Assembly (NCBI RefSeq): GCF_000143415.4
Contig: NW_003314344.1
Location: 380,336 to 444,335 of the forward strand
DNA length: 64,000 nt
From: Selaginella moellendorffii
Lineage: Eukaryota > Plantae > Lycopodiophyta
Direction: 5' to 3'
The notes beneath the pieces were generated by a model. It made no database searches. It saw only the letters and a list, made by a program, of their open reading frames with translations, and was not told where the DNA came from. Position 1 is the first letter of the stretch, and each line of letters opens with the position of its first letter. Both the position numbers and the translations under genes were made by a program. Positions 51,135-63,912 of this stretch are shown here, piece after piece.

Positions 51135-52505
51135 TTAATTCCCAGCTTTTCGCCCTGTAATCCTACGCAACACTTCCCTCAAGCTCACGTCGAAAGCATC
51201 CTCGAATCCACTCCCATTTTCTCCGCCAGGCATTCGGTATATCAACCTGGGAATCAAGGAAACCACGCTGCTTCTCAGCTCCAGGATCCTCTCGCCGGGC
51301 AAAGAGCTCAAAAACTCCACCACGTCGACGCCACCACCCGTGATGGATTCCTCGGCGATGAACACCGAGTAGCTGCCAGGATCCGATGGAAGGTGCCACA
51401 CGTACTGCGAGTAGGCCGAGTCGTGGTGGAAGAACACCGGTATACACCCCGAGATGATGGCGTCGAATGCCGACCTCCGGGTGGCCGTGTCTCCCCTGGG
51501 TTGCAAGCAAAACTCCGACTCGAGAAACTTTGCCACGCTCGGCCGGGGATCGTGACCACACTTGAGCGATCCTCCGCAGTCGACATGGACGCACAGCTCC
51601 GCCCGTTTCTGGCACTGCCTGAGAAGAGTGCTTCTCACGCTCGTCGCGTCCTTCATGGTGGCTCGAATCCCTCCCGAGAATGACAGCAGGTACTTTCTTC
51701 GCGACGTGGCCACGGTGCGGATCCAGGCGTTGAGCTGAGTGGCGTTGGACGGATGAAAGGACGTCGGATAAGGCACCGCAACTTGGTTCTCTTTCCACGG
51801 GTTCCTCTCGATGTAGAGGGTCGTCATGTTGGCTACGTGATCCAGTCCCTGTATCCCTGTTCCCCATGATCCCCGAGCAACCGCAAAGTCCCACGAAGTC
51901 CTTCCCATCACCATGAAGTGATCTCTCCCGTTCCACCTCTTCCACGCATCCCCAGCCTGTTTTTCCAGCCATTTTGCAAGCTCCACCCCGTGCCGGTCTT
52001 GCATTGTCTTCACACAACCGCCACTGTAAAGGTACTGAAGAGCATCGAAGCCGGCATAGTACGGGACGAACAAGGCGTCTGCTCGACTGGAGTCGTTCGT
52101 CAGACAAGAATAGTTGCGAATCCTGGAGTGGAAAATCACCTCCAGCATGTAAGCATCGGTAGCGTACCAGCCAGCGCTCCGATCAATTGCCTGTCCAAAC
52201 CCATAGTTCTCAAGGTGCCGGCAAAAGTCTAGCCAACAAACCAGTTGCTTGTCGCATTTCTTCACCAGCCCCTCGTTCAGCTGCGCTGGAAGATTGTAGA
52301 CATAGACTCTTTTCCCCCAGCACCTGTCGAAACTGACTTGGCCACCGGCCTCGTCTCGTACCAGGTTGTTTAAGAGCGGCCGCCTGAGATCGGACGAAAT
52401 GCTGATCCTGTGCTCCGGAAAGACTAGTAGAACAAGAACTAGAAGCAAATAGCAGCTGACCGAGAGCAGCAAGGCACCGCAGCTTATCCTTTTCAAATGC
52501 AGCAT
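51135..52505 (-). CDS. GT47 exostosin-family glycosyltransferase, xyloglucan galactosyltransferase (MUR3/XLT2) clade
   Basis: Type II TM segment, VYVYNLP, WYATD.YMLEVIFH, FVPYYAG, GRDHFMVMGRTSWDF, VPYPTSFHP, FCLQPRGDTATRRSAFD, GCIPVFF. Intronless, 456 aa. Confidence 0.93.
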   Translation of the reverse strand: MLHLKRISCGALLLSVSCYLLLVLVLLVFPEHRISISSDLRRPLLNNLVRDEAGGQVSFDRCWGKRVYVYNLPAQLNEGLVKKCDKQLVCWLDFCRHLENYGFGQAIDRSAGWYATDAYMLEVIFHSRIRNYSCLTNDSSRADALFVPYYAGFDALQYLYSGGCVKTMQDRHGVELAKWLEKQAGDAWKRWNGRDHFMVMGRTSWDFAVARGSWGTGIQGLDHVANMTTLYIERNPWKENQVAVPYPTSFHPSNATQLNAWIRTVATSRRKYLLSFSGGIRATMKDATSVRSTLLRQCQKRAELCVHVDCGGSLKCGHDPRPSVAKFLESEFCLQPRGDTATRRSAFDAIISGCIPVFFHHDSAYSQYVWHLPSDPGSYSVFIAEESITGGGVDVVEFLSSLPGERILELRSSVVSLIPRLIYRMPGGENGSGFEDAFDVSLREVLRRITGRKAGN

Positions 52506-52932
52506 ACTGGTAGCAACCTGAAAGAGGTAGCGTCATTCCTCGTTGAGCTCGAAGGCGGCGATGATGCGCGGCTCATGGATTTTCTTGGCTTGAATGAACA
52601 TGAACACGCGGCAGACGCAAGCGTTTGGAGCCGTTTCTAAAATGTAGACGTCAAGGCCCCACCGCACTGAAGTGTAGTTACCATGGCACTAGCCGCCACC
52701 ATTTAGGAAAATTCGCGTGTTTATAGCCGGCGACACCTAAGGAACCAGTAAACAACAAAGTTACAAAAGAATCTTCAACGGACAACAGGACTTAAGTTAC
52801 CATATTAAGTTGGGCCGCTTCCCAGATAAGACGAAAAAAATATGTAACTGTTGAGCACGAGCAGCGAGCGAGCATGTCTCCCGTAGACGAAAAAATATAG
52901 CCGCGTGCCAAGATGCACATGAGCACACATGG

Positions 52933-55900
52933 TTACGAATCGATGCTTTCAAGAGATGTCAAGGCTTTGTCGAGATGATTCAGCAACGCAAGGCCAAATA
53001 AAGTGTCCTCGCAGCAGATCGTAAGCGTGCCATGCACAGCATCCGGTTCCAAGGCCACGGAGATTAGACATAACAGTGACCCTGTGAGAGTTTCCGCGCC
53101 AAAAAGAAGAACCACGTCTTCGGCGTCTCGCGAGCCTATGAATGAGACCCTGGCAGCTGCGACTATTCTTTTGCAACACTGTCCCGGAGAAATTCCGTGA
53201 AGATAAATTCTGCAGCACCAGAACAAGACTAAGTTTCGGCAAGCTAGACTAAGAGAGAGCTCACCTCCGAGAAGACCTGTGCATCCCAGCAATTCGGGCT
53301 TCAGCAGCCAAAAACACGCTTATACTCATCTTCCGAGGACGCAAAAGAACGCCTGGTTCTGGCGATATCTTGATAGGGAACTTGTTTGAGTTGCAGTGCA
53401 GGCACACCTTGACGATACTTAGGTTGTGCCGAAAATCAACATGCGCATTGAGTTCCGTTTTCTCCCCTGGCTCGAGAGCAACTGCTTCCGGTGGTATGAT
53501 TCTCGCTGTGCCACTCTCGAAAGCAGTCTGGCGTCTGAGAGAAAAGAGAGCAAATTAGACAAGCCAAGAAAAAAGAACAGCTGCGTACCCTGCAGTTTCT
53601 CCATCGTTGATTTCTATCCCATGCATTGGTTCCGACGATTTGTTGTGAAGGAAGAGCCTCACACACACCATGCTGGACGAAAATATGGAAGGACCTCTCA
53701 TAAAGCCGTAGTGAACTTCCAGTCCGTCTCCGTTTGTGAAGTCAAGAGCCAGCACCTTTTTCACTTCAGAGTTGGAGCTTTTATCGAAGTCCTCTGGCGA
53801 ATTGGAAGGTTCTTCAGGTCCAAGCCACGACTCAAGATCCACAGACGGGGACAGGTCCTCAGGCGAAGCGTCTCTCTTCAGCAGTTCCGTGTCAGACAGC
53901 GAAATTAAATCTGCTTTCTCCTTCGCTGTGTTCCCGTCGGCGTCACTTATAACAGCAAGATCGTCATCTGTATAGTTCCCGTCATCCTCAGATTCAAAGC
54001 TTTCACTACCCGAGTCCGTAGATTCACTCTGGCTTTGAAGTTCGGGTTGTCTTTCGGGTAAAGTTGGGCTGGAAGGACTCAAATCCGTGTATCTTTCGCG
54101 TGGAAGAGGTCTGTATCCAGGAGACTTGTGTTGAACCATATGAGACATCGATCCTGGTAGGAATGTGGACGGCTGTAAACTCAACGAAGGTAATACTGGT
54201 ACCGACTTCTGGCGAAGAAACATGGAGTTGGCAGCTTTGGATAGTACACCTGGATCAAGTTTTGACTGATCAATGTTGAGTAAAATAGCGTCGATAATCT
54301 CCGGAAGACGTGGATCTGCGTCATATGACGAATGGTGCTTGATAGCGTCTAAATGGCCAGCCAAGAGAACTCGTAAAATCCAGGCTCGATCTCGTACGTC
54401 ATAGTTTAAATCACAGGCGGCAAGATCCAGAATATACTGAAGAATTAACAGGACAGTCTTCAAAGACGAGCACCGTTGAGAAGATGAAATGATCTGGATC
54501 ATTTTTTCTGTAAGATAGAGATCAGCAGCAAAGAAGCTTACCTTCGCAAGGCAGTTCAAAACTTGAAGCTTAGTTCCATTGGACTCGTTTGCAAACGTTT
54601 TGGCTAGATACCGCAGGGCCACAGGGATTCCTTCAGCAAGTGCAGGACGAGCAATCGCTTGTTCACCAATCATCCAAATGACGACTTCACGTGCCGTTGG
54701 CTCTAAAATGTGGTTTAAGTTGCGTAAAAGATGAAGAATTACCTGCAAGACAAGATTAAAGTTCAGTACTCCAGCACTTACACAACAACATAAAGAAACC
54801 TGGTCCTGCTCTGCTGGGTGCTTCTGCATAATAGCTCTTAGCGACGAAACCGCTTGAACCACCACTCTTCCCCTCCCCGGACTATATTGTTCGCGTCCAG
54901 AGTCTCCAACCTTTGGTTCAGCATCATTTGCATTGTGGAGCGAATCGTCGTCACGGGAAGACCGAGAAACAACTAGCTTGAGAAGACCCTTGGTGCATAT
55001 AGCCACTGTGGAAGACAGTCGAAGCGCACACCGGCCAATCGAGTTTACTGCGTCTGCTGCCAGCTGAGAGTTTGGGTTTCGTATATAGGCCTGTGATGAA
55101 GTAGCAAGTAAGCAAAGGAAAACATTTGTCTTGCTTACCTCCAATTCTTGAAGAATTTGCGTGGCGGACAAATCTGACACTATGTTTGTTAGTATGTCCA
55201 GCTTCAGAGCTTGAATAGCTTGAGAGTCAGAAGAACATATGAAAAAATCTTCAAAATATGCCTCGAACAAACTTGGCTCACACTTCGAGAAAGAAAGTAT
55301 ATTTGCAAGCACCTGAAACAGAAGGCTTAGATCAAAAGCTGAAGTAACTGCCAAATTCTCACCACATGCCGTGCATCAAGCGACGAACGAAGTAAAAACA
55401 GTAATGGCTTGACAATGTTGCTGAGTTCATTGCCCGGAGAAAAATACCAATGGATCACTGCCGCCTGTAATACGACCGCACTATTTTGGCTCCGTAGCAG
55501 AGAAAGCGTAGACGATAGCATGAGCCTCACTTCCCACCTCTCATCCGGAAACGAGGATCTCGTGTCAGCTTTGTAAAAGTCGCCACCATTTTCTTCGTGT
55601 GCTTGCTGTAAACATGAGAATTCTACGTTCACGGAGCTGAAATCTCTAACAACGCCATACTTTGCCACGATATACCGCATCAGGATGTCCATAAGAGAAA
55701 TCTGTCCCCATTCATCAGCCTCGTAAAGTAGTCCACACAGCTTCCTGAAGCTGGAGCTCAATAAGGAATAACGCTCCGGGCAAACAGAGATAAAAGCCTG
55801 CGCTGCGGCTCCAGCTACGCCCGGATAATTGTCGTTCAGCAAGATGGACACAAGCTGAAAAAGATCCTGTTACTAATCCAACAGACAACGAACTGGAAAC

Positions 55901-56587
55901 AACCGTACCTGTACAAGCTCGTCGAAATGTTGTTCGTCACCCATGGAATGAATCTTGGAAACCGCATTCGCAGCACACCTCCGAACGTAAGGAGAAGGAT
56001 CTCTGGCACACTTGTTTGCAGCCATGATAACGAGAGGGCCAACTGCGCGGACCTTGATCCCGGACATCGCTCGCAAGGCCCAAGCACGAACCAGAGGATT
56101 GATATCGGATAGATCTCTTTGGAAACTGTTGATAGAAAGCAACGCCTCGTCTGGTCGTCTACAAAGAAGAAGAAAGATGTATCGCGTTGGAGAATTTTTT
56201 TTCCTGGAAACTGGAGAAGTTCTAGCATTACTTATCAGCGTAGTGGACGAGGTAGATGTAAACGAGCTTCTTCACTTCCAGAGACTGTGAAGCAACGCCC
56301 TTGACAACCTGTGAAAAAAAAAGGAATTTGTGAAGGAAGGGACGATAGAAGAAGCTAATCATCTATGAAGAGAAATTTACCTGTGGGAAGAATGTGGAAA
56401 CGTCCTGCCCCTGTGCCATGAGCGCGATGAGGCGCTTCAATCCCTGGGCTTTGTCCGCGTCGTAGCGACTGTCGAGCAGCGTAGGAATGTCCGCGTCCTG
56501 GGGATCGTCGTAGATCGCAGCATCCGTGCCGACGCCGCTGACGAGAGCGGACATTTTGGAGATCGAAGACGCCGTGGACGAGAACAT
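52933..56587 (-). CDS. AP3B: AP-3 adaptor complex subunit beta (multi-exon)
   Basis: LKRLIALMAQGQDVSTFFPQV, LSINSFQRDLSDINPLVRAWALRAMSGI, DEWGQI, DLNYDVRDRA, an acidic hinge and an ear domain LDFTNGDGL. Confidence 0.92.
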
Positions 56588-57416
56588 TGCCGCTGCCGCT
56601 GCTCCCTGGAAACCCTGCTCTGATAAACCCTAAGAATCACTGCGATTTCACCCTGCCGATTCTCAAGGATTGGAGCGAGCTGGTATTGATCGAAATTTCG
56701 CGTTACCTGTCCGGGAATGGAGCGCTGGCCCTGAGAACGGGTTTCTTAGGTTTCTTCCGCAAGCCGCAAATCTCTTGGACAAGAGGAATGTGAACGAGCA
56801 GCAGCTTCCACGCCACGAACCATCCTGAAAGAGATTGGGGTAATGGATCGATCCAAATGTAATGGCGAATTACCGAGAGCTATGCAGGAGAAGACCAGCG
56901 CGATGGCCAACGCATAGCGGATCGCGAAGTCGAGCATCGCGCCAGAGGAATTTTAGTTGCAATGCCCTAGAAGGATATTAGGGCTTATACGGTAATCATA
57001 TATTATTTAATTGTTAAGTAAATTTTAGTCAATGGTCTTAGTCAATGAAGGTCAACAGACTTGAAAGTTAACACCAAAACGTCTTGATGCTAGTTCTTGG
57101 AGGCCACGATTCCTCGCCACGGAGAACTTAGACAAGGATTTGGAACGATTAGAACTTTCAGTCGCTCATACTCGTTCTAATGGGGTCAAAAACGTCATCT
57201 CACCACGTTGCAAAAAGGCCTCGTCCGTTATAGCGAAGTCAAGCAAGACTGCACACCATTTTGGTCTATTAGCATCCCAACGTGTAGTTCAGAGAGGTCA
57301 GTCACGTCAAGGACCACGCGTTGTGAAATGTAAGGACGCTTTTGCCTATAAATTCCAACACTTCCATTCCAGCTTATCATAACAAACAACATTCTAAGAT
57401 CCAATCAAAACTTAGA

Positions 57417-57791
57417 ATGATGAGGACGATGAAGGTGATGAGCTGCTTGTGGATCCTGGCGTTGCTGCTTGGCTGCTCGGATGCAGGCACCGTTTTGCTC
57501 AAGGATGGGGAGCTATCGAGCGCGTGTGGGAGGAGCTCGTGCCAGATTCCAGTGTGTGGGATATCGGTGGAGGGAGTTCACGGCTGCACGGGAGGCCAGA
57601 CCACTCCCGTGCACTGCGGGAAATCGAAGAAGTTCCAGGAGTTTAAGGAAGTTTGCAAGGGCGGGAGGCTAAGCATCGACTGGCGGATCGAGCCTCTGAG
57701 GCTCCAGTTCAGAAACGATGCTGGGGACTTTGAGGAGTGTGTGCTCCAGCGCAATTTCAAGAATGCCGACTATGGGTGTGATATGGCATAG
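57417..57791 (+). CDS. Small secreted cysteine-rich protein (~124 aa)
   Basis: Signal-peptide-like N-terminus (MKVMSCLWILALLLGCSDA) and 8 Cys in the mature part. TATA box TATAAAT at 57347. A decayed paralog exists at 34743. Confidence 0.75.
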   Translation: MMRTMKVMSCLWILALLLGCSDAGTVLLKDGELSSACGRSSCQIPVCGISVEGVHGCTGGQTTPVHCGKSKKFQEFKEVCKGGRLSIDWRIEPLRLQFRNDAGDFEECVLQRNFKNADYGCDMA

Positions 57792-59011
57792 ACGATTGTC
57801 TTGTAACTTCCTATAATAACTTGGAGCTGGATGTTGGTTCTCAAGGATAAAAGTGGCGTGAGTAATTTAAGAACAATGTCTTCTAAATCAAAATTCAAAC
57901 CAGCTATCATCTCAAAGGAAAAAGTTTGTTGTACTTTTCTGCTCTATTCTATTTTACTTTAAAAGAAAAGTTATTATAAAAGTATCTTTGTCAAAAAAAT
58001 AAACATATAGGCCAAATTTACCATACCTTTCCTCATGACACTGCCAGGAACTCAGAAATTTTTTTTATCTAGATGGAATGAGAAGGAAATTGTTGGTGTA
58101 AATTATAAAATAATAATAATGTTTTATTATTCCTGCATTTACAGCCCTAAAAAGCAACATAGTTGTTGCTGTAGAAAACCAAACTTTATCTAACACCCAC
58201 TGCTTAAGCTCAGAACAACTTAAACTATAAATTCTTCTTACATTCTTAAAATTTTAACACTCTAAATAGTGTTAATCAATAATCGTCATGCAAATCCAGC
58301 ATCAGTGCTCCTGACCAACTTGTATGATTCTAGCACCTAACAAGCTTGCTGCAAACCATGGATCTATTTATCATATGGGATTATTGATTCTTTCATATCT
58401 GCCAACTAATTTATAAAGTTCCTCATGGGCAAATTTTCTTCTACCAACCCACCCCCCATCATTGCAAGCTGATTTTAATTATAATTTCCATAAAATTTCA
58501 CCACTTTGAGCACAAAGCCAATTTTGCTTTCAAGAAGTAAAATGTTGGACATTGATATCGATATTGGGGCATCTCCAAAGCCCCAACTCTAGCATGCTTA
58601 AGACACGCCAAATCATGCTATCTATCTATATATTCCTTCCTGGCTGTATGTGTAAACTTAAGCTACATCTTGTCTTCCTCCTGATCACGGCTCCTTTCTT
58701 GGCTGTATGTGCAAACTATCAATCAATAAATAAATTTGTTTAATTAATAAAATGGAGATGATAAATTTTAAAAAAATTACACGTTTTAGATTCAATATAT
58801 ACATCTATGTGGAATAGATATTCCCAGGATGCATGAATATTCTAATATATGTTTCATTTGTTGTGGTTATTTTCTATGTTAATGTATTTTATCTATATTT
58901 TTTATTATTATTATGTTCTTTTAGTAAGTTAATCATTTCTTTCACTTCTAGATATGTATTTTATTTCTTGAGAGCTCATTGACTTTTCTTTTAAAAAATT
59001 ATTTCTATACA

Positions 59012-59041
59012 TGTGAGGTCCAAATATTCCATGCACTCACA
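59012..59041 (+). mobile_element. 30-bp internally collapsed solo-LTR remnant
   Basis: TGTGAGGTCCAAATATTCCATGCACTCACA joins the two ends of the reverse complement of LTR 38580-38755. It is absent from the duplicate copy near 62918. Confidence 0.6.
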
Positions 59042-59361
59042 TAGAGTATTTTTTTCTTTTATTTAAAGTGTTAACGTGCATTAATAGTAAAAACATTTCT
59101 TGTAAAAGCTTTTGGAAAATTCCAGGGAAGCCTCGATGTTTCCTTGGTTATGGCCTGAAGCTATGCAATGTCCGCCCGTTCTAGATAATGAAAACTTACA
59201 AGCACAGTTTATGTGAAGAACATTGGTTGGTCCTGCATTGATCCAAGATCCCAAGACCATGTAAATGCTGGAGGCGGGAAAGAGAACGCGTGTCCGCTTT
59301 ACAAGCCAGTCCGATTCTTTCAAAGTTGGTCATCTTCTTTTTTCGTTTTTTCTTGTTGCTA

Positions 59362-60046
59362 ATGGCGGCAGCTTCGGTCGCAGCAACAAAGGGGAGTTTT
59401 CTTGGCAGATCGATCAAGCAGCAGCAGTGGGAAGTTAATCACAGCCCCCACAAAAAAGTTAGTATAGTTCTTCTGGCACAGGATAGAAAGGATGAAACTC
59501 CTCCCGGCGAGGGGAGTGAACAGAAGCAGGAGAAGACATCACTTCTGACTAGCATCACCGACGCGCTGGATTTCTCTCAGGCAAGGTCGGAGAGGGACGC
59601 TGATTTGATCGACGAGGCTCGTCAGGCTACAAAGTCGGGCGAGAAAATGTCCCGAGAGCAAGTACGAAAAAACATCTTTGAGAAAAAACATCCAACGCGT
59701 GCAAATTTCTCATCTCTCCCTTCTTGACTTTTGCAGTACGCAGCTCTGAGGCGGAAGATCGGTGGCACCTACAAGGATTTCTTCAAAGAATCAATCGATG
59801 GTATTTACAAGTCTCTTTCTTATTTTCGGGTCTTTTCATTTTCGTCCTCATGCCAAGATATTGCGTGATCAATCAGTGAAGGGTGCGTACGTTGAAACTG
59901 GATGGGTGGACAAGCGATGCAAAGTTTGTGGCAAGGACACATCGAAAGAGCCACGCTCCAAAGATAAGCTCGGGAGGTACGCTCACGTAGAGTGCTTGGA
60001 ATCAAACTCTTCCACTAGTTTCTTTGGTCGCCTATTTGGGAGGTGA
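59362..60046 (+). CDS. Small conserved plant protein with transit-like N-terminus and C-terminal CxxC...HxxC Zn-binding motif (3 exons)
   Basis: ALDFSQARSERDADL, MSREQ/YAALRRKIGGTYKDFF, GWVDKRCKVCGKDT...GRYAHVECLE. Introns ~59661-59736 and 59802-59876. Confidence 0.8.
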
Positions 60047-60323
60047 CCATTTCATGTAATATCTTTCTATTTCCACTTCCACCATCTAAAATAGAATAAA
60101 TTTTTACCTCCTGGATAGATGTTTTGGAACCATTGTCCAGGTTACTTTTCTTCCACATGAATTGATACATTGTTTTATTGATCAGTTGTATCATTGAAAG
60201 GCTAGAAAACCAAATGGTTGAATTATGATAGTTCTTCGAGCGTCACACCCGAAATTATGATAGTTTTCCTGGAGAGGAAGCAAACTTTATATGGAAGAAA
60301 CAAGCTGGTATGGACCAATGTTT

Positions 60324-61887
60324 CTAGTAAACGTGAGAATCCAGCCTGGGGATTGGGATAGCTACAAGAGGTTGACTCTTTTGACAAACTAGTCCAAATG
60401 TTTGATCCATGTTCAGCTTTGCCGGATCATCAAGATCTCCATCCAGCTTCCAGTCAAATCCTTGAACGAGCGTTGCAATACCCATCTGGACAGCATCAAA
60501 TCCAAGCTTTGCACCGGGACAAACTCTCCTCCCTGTTCCAAACGGAAGTAAGTTGAAATTTTGGCCAAAGACATCGATGTCTGGCAAGTCGATAAAACGC
60601 TGCGGCCGAAACTCAAGAGGATCTTTCCAAAACCTCTCATCCAGACCAATCGAGTAGCTGCTGATATAGATCACAGTCCCGTTCGGGAGGGTGTAGCCAT
60701 CGAGCTCTATTGGGCCTCCTTGGACGATCTTGGGAAGACCTAGTGGAACCACTGACCGGAGCCTCATTGTTTCCTTGGCTATGGCCTCGACGTATGGAAG
60801 CTTTGCGATGTCGGACTCATCCACAAGTTTTTTTTTTCCGACAATTGTATCAATCTGGCTCTGAACTCTTGAGAATTCGGCTGGATGCCGGAGAAGCTCG
60901 GCCATGGCCCATTCCAGCGAGAGAGCCGAAGTATCCACAGCACCCATCAACACATCCTGTGGGATTCATCCCAGCATTAAAGAACAAATTTGACCAAGAG
61001 AAACTTACAAGCAAAAGTGTGATTTTGGTGGTGTCAGAGAGCTTCTCTCCCATGGAGATGAGCACGTCGATGAAAGACATGGGCTCCTCGCTGGTGAAAA
61101 CCGGAGGATCCACTAGTCGGTCTCGTAAGATCCCCAAGAGGTGCCAGTTTACCTGGTTCATCAGCTGCTTGTATTTCTTCTCCAGGCCTTGGACGTCCAG
61201 CCAGCGAATTCCAGGGATGTAATCGCTCACATTGAAGATCCCAGCCAGCCTAACCATCTCCACGACTGTTTGCACGAACTCGTCGACATTCGCAGTGTTC
61301 TTGTAGTGTCCACAGAAGTGCTTCCCGAATAGCATGTAAGTTATCACGTTCATGTTCATGATGTGGAGCTTTTGCCGCAGGAGGACCGGATTTCCTCGGT
61401 CGTCACTGAGAGATCGAGCGAGACGGCGCTGCTCCTCGCGACGGATTCCATCGTAACTTTTGAGCTTGGTCGGCGAGAGCAAGTGAGTGTTGATGAGCTT
61501 CCTGTAGAGCTTCACTTCCGGAGTGTATTGGCTGAAAACTAGACCACTGTAGTCGTTGCCAAAGTATTTCCCGCAGATCAGTGGAGCTCTGGAGGCAAAC
61601 TCGAGACCATGGCGCTTGAAAATCTCTCTGGCAGCTCTCTCGGAGCTGATTATGACTGTGGACACGCTGCCGAGCTTCAAGTGCATCACATCGCCATATC
61701 TCTTGGAGAGTTTGTGGAGTGAAATGTGAGGGAGCGAGCCGAGCTTGTGGAGACAGCCAATGACTGGCAAGTTGAGTGGTCCTGGAGGGAGATTTCCTGG
61801 AGGATTTCTTCTTCTAGTAGAAGAGCACCAGAGAGCTGCAGCAAGCAGCACTAAGGCACTCAAACTTGGGAGGGAGAGAAGATCCAT
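60324..61887 (-). CDS. Cytochrome P450, CYP71 clan, close paralog of 36637-38213
   Basis: LPPGP, GAVDTS, KETMR, PQRF, PFGTGRRVCPG. Single intron at ~60957-61008 in the same position as in the paralog. Confidence 0.93.
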
Positions 61888-62643
61888 GAATGGAAGGCAA
61901 AACACAGCAGTGATAAGTCGTACACTAAATGGGAATGGGAATGAGGTCTTGCTTTTGCTTGACTTTGTCTCATCCCAGTAACAATATGGAGGCAGCGAGC
62001 CAATGTGTTGTCTTAGAAGTCGTGTTTGAGTTAAGGTTTTAAAGGACGGCATCTCAGGTTTAATGCCCTGTGTATGGTTAGCAGCAACATTGGTTTGGTA
62101 TTCTAATTTTACTTTAGATTTATTCTTTTTCTTTGAAGTTTGTGTTTTTAGTTAATAGAAGTGTGTATTTTTAGAGGTATCAACATTGTCCTTGTTTAAG
62201 AATGTTGTTGATGTTTAAGTGGATAAACCAATCTAGAAGATCAAATTAAGCTAACACAATAACACATCATAGCATATCTAAAGTCTTAACTTTTAAATCA
62301 ATGTCATTATCAATTACTCTTTATATCAAACATCACAAAACCTTTTTTTTTTTTTGTTCAATTCTATGTTTTTATTTGGGTGCTAAAACATAAAACATGT
62401 AATATAATGGTAGAGTTATGCTACAGAAGAATAAAATAGCATTACACTATGAGAAAATAATGTTTATGAGCTTGAGTGGATTTTTCAGTTTAATAACTTT
62501 GATAATGAGATAATGATTTCATCAAGATGTGTTATTCTTTTTTTTTTGCCCTATTATGTTTTATGTTTATATTTTTTGAATCATTTTCAAACCATTTACT
62601 CTTTTATGTGTGTTATACCAAGTGTCATAGTTTAAATCATACG

Positions 62644-62780
62644 CGGCAAGATCCAGAATATACTGAAGACTTAACAGAACAGTCTTCGAAGATGAGCACC
62701 GTTGAGAAGATGAAATGATCTGGATCATTTTTTCTGTACGATAGAGAGCAGCAGCAAAGAAGCTTCAGCAAGTGCAGGAC
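62644..62780 (-). pseudogene. Duplicated fragment of the AP-3 beta gene
   Basis: Near-identical to 54418-54539, joined to 54632-54648. Confidence 0.85.
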
Positions 62781-63241
62781 TAACAATTGCGTTTTTATTA
62801 TTATGTTGTTTCAGTATGTTAAGTACAATAATTTCTTTCACTTCTACTCTATCATAAAAAATAGATATGTATTTTATTTCTTGAGAGCTCATTGAATTTT
62901 CTTAACATGTTATTTCTATAGAGTGTTTTTTTCTTTTGTTTAGCGTTAATGTGCATTAATAGTAAACTTCTTAAAAGCTTTTGGAATATTCCAGGGAGGC
63001 CGAGCAATGTCCATTGCCAACAACTCTTGAGAACTCCAGAAGAAGCTTGGCCATGGCCCGTTCTAGATAAGGAAAACTTACAAGCACAGTTTATGTGAAG
63101 AACATTGTTTGGTCCTGCATTGATCCAAGATCCCAAGACCATGTAAATGCTGGAGGCGGGAAAGAGAACGCGTGTCCGCTTTACAAGCCAGTCCGATTCT
63201 TTCAAAGTTGGTCATCTTCTTTTTTCGTTTTTTCTTGTTTA

Positions 63242-63912
63242 ATGGCGGCAGCTTCGGTTGCAGCAACAAAGGGGAGTTTTCTTGGCAGATCGATCAAGCA
63301 GCAGCAGTGGGAAGTTAATCACAGCCCCCACAAAAAAGTTAGTATATTTCTTCTGGCACAGGATAGAAAGGATGAAACTCCTCCCGGCGAGGGGAGTGCA
63401 TCGCTTCTGACTAGCATCAATCTTCCGCCTCAGAGCTGCGTACTACAAAAGTCAAGAAGGGAGATGAGAAATTCGCACGAGTTGGATGTTCTTTTTCAAA
63501 GACGTGGTACTTGCTCTCGGGACATTTTCTCGCCCGACTCTGTAGCCTGACGAGCCTCGTCAATCAAATCAGCGTCCCTCGCCGACCTTGCCTGAGAGAA
63601 ATCCAGCGTGTCGGCGGTGGCACCTACAAGGATTTCTTCAAAGAATCAATCGATGGTATTTACAAGTCTTTTGAGTGTTTTTTTCTCCTAGGCTGTTTTC
63701 TTTTTCGTCCTCATTTTTCTCAATGCCAAGATGTTGGGTGACCAATCAGTGAAGGGTGCGTACGTTGAAACTGGATGGGTGGACAGGCGATGCAAAGCTT
63801 GTGGCAAAGACACATCGAAAGAACCACTCTCCAAAGATAAACTCGGGAGGTACGCTCACGTAGGGAATCGAACTCTTCCACGAGTTTCTTTGGTCGCTCT
63901 TCGGGAGGTGAT
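63242..63912 (+). pseudogene. Duplicate of the 59362-60046 gene with an internal inversion
   Basis: 62790-63950 parallels 58900-60085. 63420-63614 is the reverse complement of 59558-59759. There are small deletions. Confidence 0.9.

Noticed and set aside
51163-52107. 314-aa alternative-frame ORF overlapping the GT47 gene
   Set aside because: Shadow ORF of a GC-rich coding region with no recognisable motifs.
56746-56937. 63-aa ORF with a hydrophobic N-terminus upstream of AP-3 beta
   Set aside because: Too short, and nothing else supports it as a gene.
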